Shown here: positions 27,348 through 36,998 of the stretch, piece after piece
How positions within the stretch are numbered: the stretch's first letter is position 1
Layout of the letters: each line of letters begins with the position of its first letter
NCBI GenBank assembly: GCA_016211105.1
Contig: JACQSX010000050.1
Coordinates: 59,347-123,346 of the forward strand
Direction of reading: 5' to 3'
Source of the DNA: Acidobacteriota bacterium
GTDB lineage: Bacteria; Acidobacteriota; UBA6911; JACQSX01
DNA length: 64,000 nucleotides
The notes under the pieces: model-generated
Told to the model about the DNA's origin: nothing
The model's database searches: none
What the model saw: only the letters and a program-made list of their open reading frames with translations
Program-made: the position numbers and the translations under genes

Positions 27348-29600
27348 ATGAAAAGGAATCTGCTAACGATTGTCACCTGGGTAGTAACGCTGTTTCTCAC
27401 GTTGAGTCAGCCTGCCACTCCTGCTCGGGGACCCACAGAGTCGTCTCTACCCGCAGAGACGCGCCCTGGGGCGACTTTCGAACAGTGGGAAGGAGTCTTG
27501 CCTGCCTCTTACCGCACGCCAGCGGTCGGAGAGGTTACTGTCCGTGCCTCGGGAAGAGGGTACCCCTGGATCAACCTGGCCGACGGTCGCGACCTTCCCA
27601 TCTTTTATCCGGAAAAGGACGCGGTAGGGGTGCTGAAAAACCACGCAATGCGACCTTTGTCGCTGGCTGCGGCCGACTTCGATGAGGATGGTGTGCCGGA
27701 CCTGGTGAGTGGTTACGAGGCAGCCGGAGCCGGTTTCCTGCTGGTGCAGCGAGGCAACATTGATTTCCTGCACCCGTACACAGCAGGCGCGCAGCAACGC
27801 AAGGCCTCGGGCGAGGTTAATTCTTTTCCTTTTGCACCGCAGGCGATTGTGGTTGAGTTGCCCGCTGCGCCAGATTTTCTGGGAAGCGGCGACTTTGACG
27901 CCGACGGCCACTGGGATCTTGTAGCGGCTGCGCGGGGAAGCAACCTAGTTCACTGGGCATCGGGCGACGGCCGAGGCGCATTTACAGCAGCAAGGGAAAT
28001 CGCCTTGCCTGGAACCGTCACAGCGCTGGCCACCGGTGATGTCAACAGGGCGGATGGCCTGGAAGACATTCTGGTGGGCGTCTCAGGCAAGAATGGACCA
28101 GAGCTCTTGGTGTTTGAGGGACCGGCGGGAGCCCTGGCGGAGGGTACTGCGGCCGGAGGAAGAGATAAGGGCGCTGAAGGCCTGCTGCATAGGCCGGAAA
28201 GTTTTCCGCTGGATGCCGAGGCAGTTTCCATTGTCACGGGACAGCTCAACCTAGATTATCCGACCGACGTTGCCGTTGCGGCCGGAACCGAGTTACTGAT
28301 CATTTATGGCCGCGACCACAGGCTGTCTTGGAATCAGGAGTCCAGACAGCAAGTAGGTCCGGCGACAACCGAGCGCCTCCAATTTTCAGTCGCGATCCGC
28401 TCTATCGCGGCGGGAGACTTTCGTGGAAATGGTAGCGCTGCTCTGGCCCTGCTATTCAATGATGGTCGCCTGGAGCTCTGGGACGCCGATATCGAGAGGG
28501 AGCGGCAGCAGTTGCAAAGTAATGGCGCCACAACAGCGGCTGAGAGCAGTGCCCTTTCTCACGCCCAGTCCGGCGATGTTCACCGTGCATGGAAGCGCTC
28601 CTGGAATCCGGGAGCGGTGCTCCAAGCTCCTCCCAGTTCCCAAGCTCTATCGGCTCTGCTGGTCAGGACGCGTGCCGCCAGCATTGCGAAAGATGCTCTG
28701 CTGGTGATCGATTCTGTCAGCCGGCAATTGCATCTTTGGGTTGAGAACGAAGTTTCCGACGGGCGATCCGACAACTTCACCAAGCTGGAAAGCGGCTCCT
28801 TGTTGATTTCTGAGACTCTTCAAATGCAGGAATCTCCGGTTTCCGTCTTACCCATGCGCCTGAACGGCGATGCCCTGACTGATCTGGCCATTTTGAAGAG
28901 CGGAGGCCATCCCATTGTGTGGGCCGAGACGGCTCCGGGAGCGATTATCACGGTCAACAGTAGCGGCGACACGTCCGCCCGAGACGCCGTGTTGACGCTG
29001 CGAGAGGCGATGTCGATTGCCAATGGAAGTTTGGCAGTGTCGAGCCTGACTTCTGCAGAAAGGGCTCAGGTTTCCGGAACACCGGCAAATCCAGGGCTGG
29101 ATGAAATCCGTTTTGCAGGAGTGACATCCATTACTGTTGGGGTAGGAGGATTTCCCAGCCCGGGTACATCCAATCCGATTACGATCGACGCAAGATCGGC
29201 GGGAAGAGTGGAGGTCAAACAGGCCGGCAACGCTGGTGTCCAGGTCAGCGTTTCAACCGGCAACAGCACAATTCGGAACCTCGCTATTGGCGGCATCCGA
29301 ATGGGAACGAGGGGGTCCAATGTAGTGGCTGGCAACTACCTCGGTTTTGATCTCAATCAGAACACTTTTGCATCGCCGGGAAGTTCTTATGGCATTTCGG
29401 CTGACAATGGGTCGACTGACAACAGGATCGGTGGAACCACGGCAGCAGATCGCAATGTAATTGCCATGTCGGGCTTCGCGCGTGATGACCTGTCGATTTC
29501 CGGCGGCTCGCACCGCAATCAAGTCCTGGGCAACTACGCCGGCACCGATGTCGCACAGGCACGCAGGCCAAGGGCAATCGACGCGGAATCACGATTGTAG
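27348..29600 (+). CDS. giant secreted FG-GAP/VCBS-repeat, CSLREA and right-handed beta-helix protein, fragment 1 of 3 (frameshifted gene)
   Basis: Signal peptide MKRNLLTIVTWVVTLFLTLSQPA; FG-GAP-like DxDGxxD repeats; CSLREA-like TLREAMSIANGS; beta-helix repeats; reading frame breaks near 29557. Confidence 0.75.
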   Translation: MKRNLLTIVTWVVTLFLTLSQPATPARGPTESSLPAETRPGATFEQWEGVLPASYRTPAVGEVTVRASGRGYPWINLADGRDLPIFYPEKDAVGVLKNHAMRPLSLAAADFDEDGVPDLVSGYEAAGAGFLLVQRGNIDFLHPYTAGAQQRKASGEVNSFPFAPQAIVVELPAAPDFLGSGDFDADGHWDLVAAARGSNLVHWASGDGRGAFTAAREIALPGTVTALATGDVNRADGLEDILVGVSGKNGPELLVFEGPAGALAEGTAAGGRDKGAEGLLHRPESFPLDAEAVSIVTGQLNLDYPTDVAVAAGTELLIIYGRDHRLSWNQESRQQVGPATTERLQFSVAIRSIAAGDFRGNGSAALALLFNDGRLELWDADIERERQQLQSNGATTAAESSALSHAQSGDVHRAWKRSWNPGAVLQAPPSSQALSALLVRTRAASIAKDALLVIDSVSRQLHLWVENEVSDGRSDNFTKLESGSLLISETLQMQESPVSVLPMRLNGDALTDLAILKSGGHPIVWAETAPGAIITVNSSGDTSARDAVLTLREAMSIANGSLAVSSLTSAERAQVSGTPANPGLDEIRFAGVTSITVGVGGFPSPGTSNPITIDARSAGRVEVKQAGNAGVQVSVSTGNSTIRNLAIGGIRMGTRGSNVVAGNYLGFDLNQNTFASPGSSYGISADNGSTDNRIGGTTAADRNVIAMSGFARDDLSISGGSHRNQVLGNYAGTDVAQARRPRAIDAESRL

Positions 29601-29614
29601 ACTCACAGAACAAC

Positions 29615-30736
29615 GTGATTGGGGGCACAGAGGCCGGAGCGGGCAACCTGATTTCCGGGGTAGTAATCGACCGCAGCGTGGGGCCGGATCCGGACGGTAA
29701 CAGAATCCAGGGAAATATCATCGGCCTGAACGCCCGCGGGGACGCGAGGGTGAGTAATCAGTCTTACGGCATCGCTCTTCACTCCGGGAAAGAGACGACA
29801 ATCGGCGGGACATCGCCTGCCGCCCGAAACGTAGTTTCAGGAAACGTGGCAGACGGCATTTTTCTCAATAGCAGTGTCACAGGGATCCAGATTCAGGGCA
29901 ACTATATTGGAACCGATGCCGCCGGTTCTCAGGCCATCGGCAATGGAGACGTTAATACTCCTTTTTCGGAGGAGGCTATTCACATCCAGGGCCCAAAAAA
30001 CATCGTGGGCGGTTCGGTGCCGGGAGCCCGCAATGTCATCTCTGGAAACAGGGGAAGCGGGATTGTCGTCGCTTCCCAGGGGGAAAACCAAATCCTTGGA
30101 AACTACATCGGAGTATCTGCGAGCGGTGCCTCCGCCTTAGGCAATGGCTGGGACGGGATTATCGTGAGCAATTCCGCCAGGAATGTCATCGGCGGCGCGA
30201 CGGCAGGGGCGGGCAACGTCATCTCGGGCAACCGGCGGAACGGCGTCGACATGGGAGGCAATGAATCTACCGGAAACCGGTTGCAGGGAAACCTGATCGG
30301 CACCGATGCCACTGGGACCCAATCCCTCGGAAACAGCGAGGTCGGGGTGAATTTGGGTGGAAACAATAACACCCTCGGAGGATTGACTCCGGCGGAGCGC
30401 AATGTCATCTCCGGAAACACGCTGGATGGAGTGATCATCAGTGGAGTTTTTGGAAACCAGCGGAACAGGATCATCGGGAACTACATTGGCACGGATATCC
30501 GCGGGATTGGGGCGCTCGGCAACGGTGGTAGCGGAGTGCTGTTGATCACCGAAGAGCAGTTTGTCTCGGGGGCACGGAAACCGGCGCAGGCAACACCATC
30601 GCGTTCAACCGCGGTGACGGCGTCTGGGTCAACGCCGGATCGCGTAACTCCATTGTATCCAATTCTATCTTCTCCAACGCGAAACTGGGAATTGAACTGG
30701 GAACCGACTCCAGGACTGATTTGGGCAACGGTGTGA
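29615..30736 (+). CDS. beta-helix repeat protein, fragment 2 of 3 (same gene, shifted frame)
   Basis: Continuous NxIxGNxIGTDAxGxxxLGN beta-helix repeats; frame open from 29489; track start GTG is artefactual. Confidence 0.7.
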   Translation: MIGGTEAGAGNLISGVVIDRSVGPDPDGNRIQGNIIGLNARGDARVSNQSYGIALHSGKETTIGGTSPAARNVVSGNVADGIFLNSSVTGIQIQGNYIGTDAAGSQAIGNGDVNTPFSEEAIHIQGPKNIVGGSVPGARNVISGNRGSGIVVASQGENQILGNYIGVSASGASALGNGWDGIIVSNSARNVIGGATAGAGNVISGNRRNGVDMGGNESTGNRLQGNLIGTDATGTQSLGNSEVGVNLGGNNNTLGGLTPAERNVISGNTLDGVIISGVFGNQRNRIIGNYIGTDIRGIGALGNGGSGVLLITEEQFVSGARKPAQATPSRSTAVTASGSTPDRVTPLYPILSSPTRNWELNWEPTPGLIWATV

Positions 30737-33081
30737 CACCTAATGATCCCGGTGATGCCGACGCGGGTGCCAATCAGCTACAGAACTTTCCGGTCCTGAC
30801 GCCGGCGCCGGGCGGCGCGGGCCTGACCGTAGCGCTCAACAGCAGAAGCACCGATAGCCCCTTTCGCATCGAGCTTTTCTCCAACGCGGCCTGCGATCCC
30901 TCTGGGCACGGGGAAGGCGAACGACTATTGCAGGTGATAGAAAATGTGAGCCTGGATTCGAGCGGCAACTTTGCGCGCACCATTGCATTGCCTTCCGGGC
31001 GGTTTTTCACGGCAACCGCTACCGATCGTAATGGCAATACCTCGGAGTTTTCCGCCTGCGCGGGGGCTGCGCCCCCTTTTGAAGCATTCATCGTCAATTC
31101 AACCTCCGATCGGCCAGACAGGACGACAGGAGATGGCCGCTGCGATACAGGGGAAACCATCGGGGGGCGGGCCGAGTGCACGCTGCGGGCGGCGATCCAG
31201 GAGGCCAACAGCAAGAGCGGGACAGACGTCATTCGTTTCAACATCGCCGGGATGGTTCCTCACCGCATTCAGCCAGGATCTCCGTTGCCTATAGTGACAG
31301 ACCCGGTGACGATTGATGGGTCCTCGCAGCCTGGGTTTGATACTGCGCCTGTGGTGGAGCTAAACGGTCTGGAAGCAGGAAGCCAGGCAAGCGGCCTGGA
31401 AGTGGCTGCCGGGAACTCAACCATCAAGGGGTTGATCATCAGCCAGTTCAAAGTCCATGGGATCTTAATCAGGGGCAGCGGTGCAAACCGCATTGTCAAT
31501 AATCTGATCGGCACTGACAGCAGTGTCTCGCGCGTAATCGGAAACGTGCACTCGGGAATCGCGGTATCGGAATCTGCCAACAACATTATCGGGGGCGAAC
31601 CGGTTGACGGTAACGTTATTGCCGGAAATGGAAATGATGCGATCACCGAAGGCTTCGCCGCCGGTATTTTCATTGCTGGAACAAACGCCAAGAAGAACGT
31701 GATTGCGGGAAACGCGATATTGGCTAATGTCAGAGGGATCTTTATCATCGACGCATCGGGCACGACCATCGGCGGAGAAACGATTCAGCGGGCCAATGCG
31801 ATACGGTTTAATGTCCGTGAAGGCATCGTTATCTCCGGGGCGGCCGTTTCCAATTCCATTCTGGTCAACTCCATCTCCGATAATGGCGCCCTCGGAATTG
31901 ATCTTGCAGGGGACGGCCCTGAGGGGATCGATCTGCGAGACGCAGATACCGGGCCGAACGGTTTGCAGAACGCGGCGGAGATCTATTCAGCGACGGCTAC
32001 GGCCAGCGGCGATACCAGCCGGGTCCGGATGCGGCTTAGAAGCGCTAAGAACGAAACCTTTACCGTTCGATTCTTCACCGGCACTACGCCAGATCCTTCG
32101 GGTTACGGGGAAGGCGATACTTTTGTTCTTACTAGAAACGTCACCACGAGCGACTCAGGCTATGGCCCCACATCATTCGTATCTCCGGTGAAGCTGGGAA
32201 AATTCCTCAGTTGCACAGTCACAGACGCACAGGGCAATACGTCCGAGTTCTCGGCGGCGGCGCCGATCAAGCTCGATAGCGACGGCGATAGCGTGAGCGA
32301 CGAGGAGGAGAATCTTAATGGCGGGGACGCGAACGGGGACTTTACACCCGACAGGCTGCAGCCAAATGTGCAACCCCTCACAACTTCGTCCGGGCGACGT
32401 GTCGCCATCGAAGTTTCGCAAGAGAGTGTGTTAACCAATGCAAGCACGTATCTCGCCGCGTTGGCAGGCGCAACTTTATTTGAAGGCCAGTTTGGAAGGC
32501 CGCTTGGCTTTTACGAGCTGTTTGCCCGATTTACCGTGGGCGCAAAGTCTCCTTTCCAGGTTATGGGTGGTTCAACGACTGTAACGCTCTTTGTCCCACC
32601 CGAACTTAAGTTCACGTCCTACCTTAATTACGGACCGACACCGGACAATCCAACGCCTCACTTTTACCAATTCATGTTTGACGGAAAGACGGGCGCGGAG
32701 TTCAAAACGGGCCGGATTCTGCTTCACCTGGTCGATGGGCAGCGCGGCGATCATGACCTCGCCGCCAATGGAGAGATCACCACGCTGGGCGGGCCGGTCA
32801 TCGGTATGCCGAACAGATTTTTCATTCCTCTTTACCGGTCTGACCCCTCAACCTTTACCGGCTACGCAGTTTCAAATTTTTCTGCGCGTGACGCCAACAT
32901 TCAGTTCACCGCATTGGATTTCGACGGGATTGCGTTGAGCACGCTGAATAACCCAAGCTCATTTCTCCTCAAGCCTGGGAACCAATTGGCGCTGCTGGGG
33001 AGGCAAGTATTTTCCGACGATTATTTAGATCCGCAGAGAGAGACGACTCTGTCCGTCCCGGAGCAGGAAGTAGCAGGCTGA
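30721..33081 (+). CDS. beta-helix repeat protein C-terminal part, fragment 3 of 3 (same gene, shifted frame)
   Basis: Frame open upstream and continues beta-helix repeats across a GGGGG run at 30568-30572; C-terminal domain with DGQRGDHDLAANGEITTLGGP. Confidence 0.7.
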   Translation: MGNGVTPNDPGDADAGANQLQNFPVLTPAPGGAGLTVALNSRSTDSPFRIELFSNAACDPSGHGEGERLLQVIENVSLDSSGNFARTIALPSGRFFTATATDRNGNTSEFSACAGAAPPFEAFIVNSTSDRPDRTTGDGRCDTGETIGGRAECTLRAAIQEANSKSGTDVIRFNIAGMVPHRIQPGSPLPIVTDPVTIDGSSQPGFDTAPVVELNGLEAGSQASGLEVAAGNSTIKGLIISQFKVHGILIRGSGANRIVNNLIGTDSSVSRVIGNVHSGIAVSESANNIIGGEPVDGNVIAGNGNDAITEGFAAGIFIAGTNAKKNVIAGNAILANVRGIFIIDASGTTIGGETIQRANAIRFNVREGIVISGAAVSNSILVNSISDNGALGIDLAGDGPEGIDLRDADTGPNGLQNAAEIYSATATASGDTSRVRMRLRSAKNETFTVRFFTGTTPDPSGYGEGDTFVLTRNVTTSDSGYGPTSFVSPVKLGKFLSCTVTDAQGNTSEFSAAAPIKLDSDGDSVSDEEENLNGGDANGDFTPDRLQPNVQPLTTSSGRRVAIEVSQESVLTNASTYLAALAGATLFEGQFGRPLGFYELFARFTVGAKSPFQVMGGSTTVTLFVPPELKFTSYLNYGPTPDNPTPHFYQFMFDGKTGAEFKTGRILLHLVDGQRGDHDLAANGEITTLGGPVIGMPNRFFIPLYRSDPSTFTGYAVSNFSARDANIQFTALDFDGIALSTLNNPSSFLLKPGNQLALLGRQVFSDDYLDPQRETTLSVPEQEVAG

Positions 33082-33752
33082 CTTAACATGAGAAGCAGCG
33101 CTGCCGCCCAGGCGACAATCGTTAGCGGATTCCTTCTCATTAGGACCCTTATTCTAGCTTTAAGACTCTCACCACTCCAAGATCCGGCATTAAAGGAAAG
33201 CACGCAAGGGAAAAACAGGGTAGAGTCTTCTATTCTTACCGATAGGGGAACAACCGGTGGAGGGCTGGAGATTTACCTCATTCGGGTTTTCAACCTGCTT
33301 TTGTACAACACGTCGACTGCTTACCGAACCGAGCCCCTATTCTAACTTTGCAGCCTGATTCGGTCCAGTGCGCGAAGTGCCGAATCAAAAATCTACTCGA
33401 AGGATTCGTTGACTGATTTAGGTTGCTTGAAATTGACCGACTGCCTACTTCTGAGGCAAACAAGAATCAACTGCAAGGGGGGGGACCAAAGCCGCCGCCG
33501 CTCAAAAGTCAAAGGAGCGCGTCCACTTCAGACTAGCGAACGGCCACGCAGACCGGAATCGTAACCGACGGAACCGCGACGATCAGAGAGCGCCTGGAAG
33601 AACGGACTCGCTTCGGGGAAGCCGCCGCCAGAAGAGCTGCTGGCTCTTAAATGAACAACATTGGTATCGAGGAAGGGACCTGCAGGTGAAGTCAATAACT
33701 TACGTCCTTCGCGGTCAAAGAAGTTTCTGAAAGCGGCCGGAACGTTCCGCCA

Positions 33753-34004
33753 TTACTGACTTTCGCCGCTCCGCCGGTTGTTCAGACCGCGCTGCTCGGG
33801 CGAAAACCCATGCAATTCAGCGATCGTTCCATCTTCTCTGAAAACTCGAATCCGGATAGGAACCCCAGGGGGGAGTTCCAGTTGGCTCAAGGCCGCGTCG
33901 ACGGTGCCAGAAGTTGCAATCACCAGCGGGCTATCCTGCTTGACAATTTTCCATCCTTTCTCGAAACGCAAAATTTCATAGACGATCTCCCTGAACTGCG
34001 GCAT
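33753..34004 (-). CDS. small hypothetical protein (83 aa)
   Basis: GAGGAGGG 4 nt upstream of ATG; downstream of BON gene on same strand. Confidence 0.5.
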   Translation of the reverse strand: MPQFREIVYEILRFEKGWKIVKQDSPLVIATSGTVDAALSQLELPPGVPIRIRVFREDGTIAELHGFSPEQRGLNNRRSGESQ

Positions 34005-34173
34005 CGCGCCCTCCTCTCTGACCTGAATCCCAAACAGGGCGAATGTTTTTCTCGACTTACCTCTTTGGCGAGCGATGAATCTACTATTAGCTCCTTACGC
34101 CTTCCTGCCGATACAACTTCTTGCTGGTACCCGTGCTCCAACCGGTAAATTACAGTCTTAGCACCTCCACAAG

Positions 34174-34836
34174 TTAAACGTAGGGATCGATGCGGAGCTG
34201 GAGATTGACACAACGCACACCTGGCGCGTGGCGGATTGCACCGATCACCGCTTCCTTTTCTGCCCAGCAGCGTACCCACCCAGACAAGGTCACAGCGCCG
34301 TCGACAACGACAATTTCAATATGCTCCCTCCCAGCCTGGACACTCCGCTTCAGCGCTTGCTCAAGCTGGCCGCGCAAAACATCCGGATGCACTTGCGGCG
34401 CTCTGACAACGATCTTATTGATTACACCACGCACGCTCATAAGGCATCGCATTGCCCGCTCGGCATCCTCCCGCTCCCGCAAGAGCTGAACCGTGCCCTG
34501 CAGAGTTACCCAACCATTCGTCACATAGGACTGGATCCGCCCGTCAGGAACGAGAACATTCCACTCGAGCGCTTGTCGGACGGCGCGGGCGATCTCCGCG
34601 TCAGTACGAATGAGACTGCGCGGAATTTTCACATCAATATCATTCATTACGTCCAACACCCCGACTACGCGATAAGCTGCTTCTTGAGCCGCCAGCTTTT
34701 TCGCGAAACTGCTCACCGAGCCCACTAAAGTAACGGCCCCTTTCTCGACTTCCACTCCAATGTTGGATTCTCCGACCCCCGTGTCCCACTGAAGCTCTTG
34801 AAGCACCTCTTTTCGGATTCCCACGTCGCTCATCAT
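34174..34836 (-). CDS. BON domain protein (OsmY-like, two BON domains)
   Basis: Two BON-like repeats (VEVEKGAVTLVGSV... / IEIVVVDGAVTLSGWV...). Confidence 0.75.
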   Translation of the reverse strand: MMSDVGIRKEVLQELQWDTGVGESNIGVEVEKGAVTLVGSVSSFAKKLAAQEAAYRVVGVLDVMNDIDVKIPRSLIRTDAEIARAVRQALEWNVLVPDGRIQSYVTNGWVTLQGTVQLLREREDAERAMRCLMSVRGVINKIVVRAPQVHPDVLRGQLEQALKRSVQAGREHIEIVVVDGAVTLSGWVRCWAEKEAVIGAIRHAPGVRCVNLQLRIDPYV

Positions 34837-34871
34837 GACTTCGTTCGTTTTTCCCAAAATACAAACGTCTT

Positions 34872-36035
34872 TCAACGAACTGCGACTCTCTCCGTCTTCT
34901 TTTGAAAAAGGTTTTCCAGAGCGTTTCCATGCAGCAACGCTCCGTTCCTGTCAGAAGAGCGAAGTTCTCTTATCTTGTTGTAAATGGTTTTCTCGCTGAT
35001 TCCCAGCCGTCGAGCAGCCTGAGATTTGTTTCCCCCGCATAAATCGAGGGTTCGCAGAATTGCCATCTGCGTAATCTCCGCAAGAGACAGCCCATCCAAT
35101 GAGTTGGCTTCGGCAATATCAGGCGCCGCGTGATTTAAAATCTCTGATGGAACGTCGTTGTAACGAATTGTGAAATCGGAGCAGAAGGCGGTCGAGCGCT
35201 CAAGGATATTTTCCAACTCTCGAACATTCCCTGGCCAGTCATACCGTAGAAGAGCCTCGAAGGCATCCTCGGCCACCAGAAAAGATTTACATCGACGGTA
35301 CTGAGAAATCCTTGTCAGAATGTAATCTACCAGGCTTGGAATGTCTTCTTTCCGGCTGCGTAGCGCTGGAATATGAAGCAGCAGAACATTCAATCGGAAA
35401 TAGAGATCTTCGCGGAAGCGTTTTTCTCTGCATAAGCCCTTCAGATCCTGGTTGGTGGCTGCAATGACGCGCACGTCGACTGAAATTGTTTTATTGCTCC
35501 CAAGGCGAGTGAAGGTTCGCTCTTGCAAGAAATTCAGTAGCTTCGGCTGAAGATCCAGCGGGAGGTCGCCTACCTCATCCAGAAAAAGAGTCCCCTGGTC
35601 GGCAATTTCAACCCTCCCCACGCGCTTTTCGTAAGCTCCCGTAAAGGCGCCCTTTTCATGCCCAAACAGCTCCGATTCAACCAGTTCGCTCGGCAGCCCG
35701 GTACAACTAACCGTGACGAAAGGTTGCTCTGCACGCGGTCCGCCAGAATGGATCATGCGCGCTACCAGTCCTTTGCCCACACCGCTCTCTCCAGTGATCA
35801 ATACCGTGGAATGCAGGGCCGACAATTTCTGGGCTAATCCCAGTATCTCCCTTGCAACTGGAGACTCACCAACGAAACCCGACTGCGAGGGAGAGAATTT
35901 GATTGCCTGGGACAAATACCCGTTTTCCCCTCCGAATTGGAAATGCCGATTGGAGGTTACTTCCGGTTCGTCTCCTCCCGCCGGCCTCCTGTAGCCCTCT
36001 ACCTGCCTGTGCACAACACCTGATGTGGCGGCCAT
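34872..36035 (-). CDS. sigma-54-dependent transcriptional activator (AAA+ domain, C-terminal Fis-type HTH; no receiver domain)
   Basis: Walker A GESGVGKG, GAFTGA, ESELFGHEKGAFTGA; HTH AARRLGISEKTIYNKIR; strong AGGAAGGAG RBS before ATG 36035. Confidence 0.85.
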   Translation of the reverse strand: MAATSGVVHRQVEGYRRPAGGDEPEVTSNRHFQFGGENGYLSQAIKFSPSQSGFVGESPVAREILGLAQKLSALHSTVLITGESGVGKGLVARMIHSGGPRAEQPFVTVSCTGLPSELVESELFGHEKGAFTGAYEKRVGRVEIADQGTLFLDEVGDLPLDLQPKLLNFLQERTFTRLGSNKTISVDVRVIAATNQDLKGLCREKRFREDLYFRLNVLLLHIPALRSRKEDIPSLVDYILTRISQYRRCKSFLVAEDAFEALLRYDWPGNVRELENILERSTAFCSDFTIRYNDVPSEILNHAAPDIAEANSLDGLSLAEITQMAILRTLDLCGGNKSQAARRLGISEKTIYNKIRELRSSDRNGALLHGNALENLFQKKTERVAVR

Positions 36036-36365
36036 CGCTTTCTCCTTCCTAATCAATTTCCAGAAAAGGAATAATCTGAGCTTAATCGCTTCGATTTCGC
36101 GCAATTATGGATCTTGGAAAGGGGCGAAAAAATCAGTGAAAATCGCTTTTTTTTGTGGGTGTTCGTCCTACAACTCGGCGCGGGATTTACCGGAGGTTCG
36201 TCACGGCGGCGACGCAAGAGCACATGCGGGTTGAGGCAACAGACCTTAGGCGCTTGCTGAGAAACCGAGGCTGTTGACTAGACAAGACACAATTTTCGGG
36301 CGCTCACTACCGCTCGCGCCTCGGATTTTCAAAGCAAATATCATCACATTTCTCAATCTGGATAC

Positions 36366-36998
36366 TTAACTTACCAGCCCTCGTTTCATCGCGTAGTGGG
36401 TCAATTCGGCATTGTTCTTCATTCTCATCTTTTCCAAAATCCGGGTCCGATAGGAACTGATGGTCTTTACACTCAGTGCCAGTTCTACGGCAATTTGGGA
36501 CACGGTCTTGCCTGATGCGATCATGCAGAAAACCTGATACTCACGATCGGATAGGATTTCATGTGGCAGTTTCTCAACATCAGGCTCCAGATAAAGGGCT
36601 AACTCCTCGGCAACCGACGGGCTGATATATTTCCCGCCCTTTACCACTTTTCTAATCGCTTCCACCAATTGCTGGGGAGCGCTTTCCTTGGTGAGATATC
36701 CCGCCGCGCCTGCCTTGAGCACCCTTACGGCGTATTGATCCTCTGGATGCATAGTCAATACCAGAATGGGGAGTTTTGGTCTCTCACTCCTTAACTCCCT
36801 TAACACATCCAGCCCACCCCGGCCCGGCATCGCGATATCCAACAGAACGACATCCCAGTGACTGCTGCGGACTCTATCCAGGACCTCCTGGCCATTACTT
36901 GCCTCTCCTGCCACGACCAAGTCTTTAGTTTCTGAGACAATTTGTTTCAAGCCTTCGCGAACCACCGCATGGTCGTCCGCCACGAGAATCTTGATCAT
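36366..36998 (-). CDS. response regulator, NarL/FixJ (LuxR-type HTH) family
   Basis: Receiver domain ([13 protein letters not shown]...[11 protein letters not shown]) and LuxR HTH; 4-nt overlap with upstream kinase gene. Confidence 0.9.
   Translation of the reverse strand: MIKILVADDHAVVREGLKQIVSETKDLVVAGEASNGQEVLDRVRSSHWDVVLLDIAMPGRGGLDVLRELRSERPKLPILVLTMHPEDQYAVRVLKAGAAGYLTKESAPQQLVEAIRKVVKGGKYISPSVAEELALYLEPDVEKLPHEILSDREYQVFCMIASGKTVSQIAVELALSVKTISSYRTRILEKMRMKNNAELTHYAMKRGLVS

Noticed and set aside
30721-30736. TTG start codon for the third adhesin ORF (and GTG 29615 for the second)
   Set aside because: Both frames are open well upstream of these codons and the beta-helix repeat continues across the junctions; the starts are artefacts of frameshifts, not real initiation sites.
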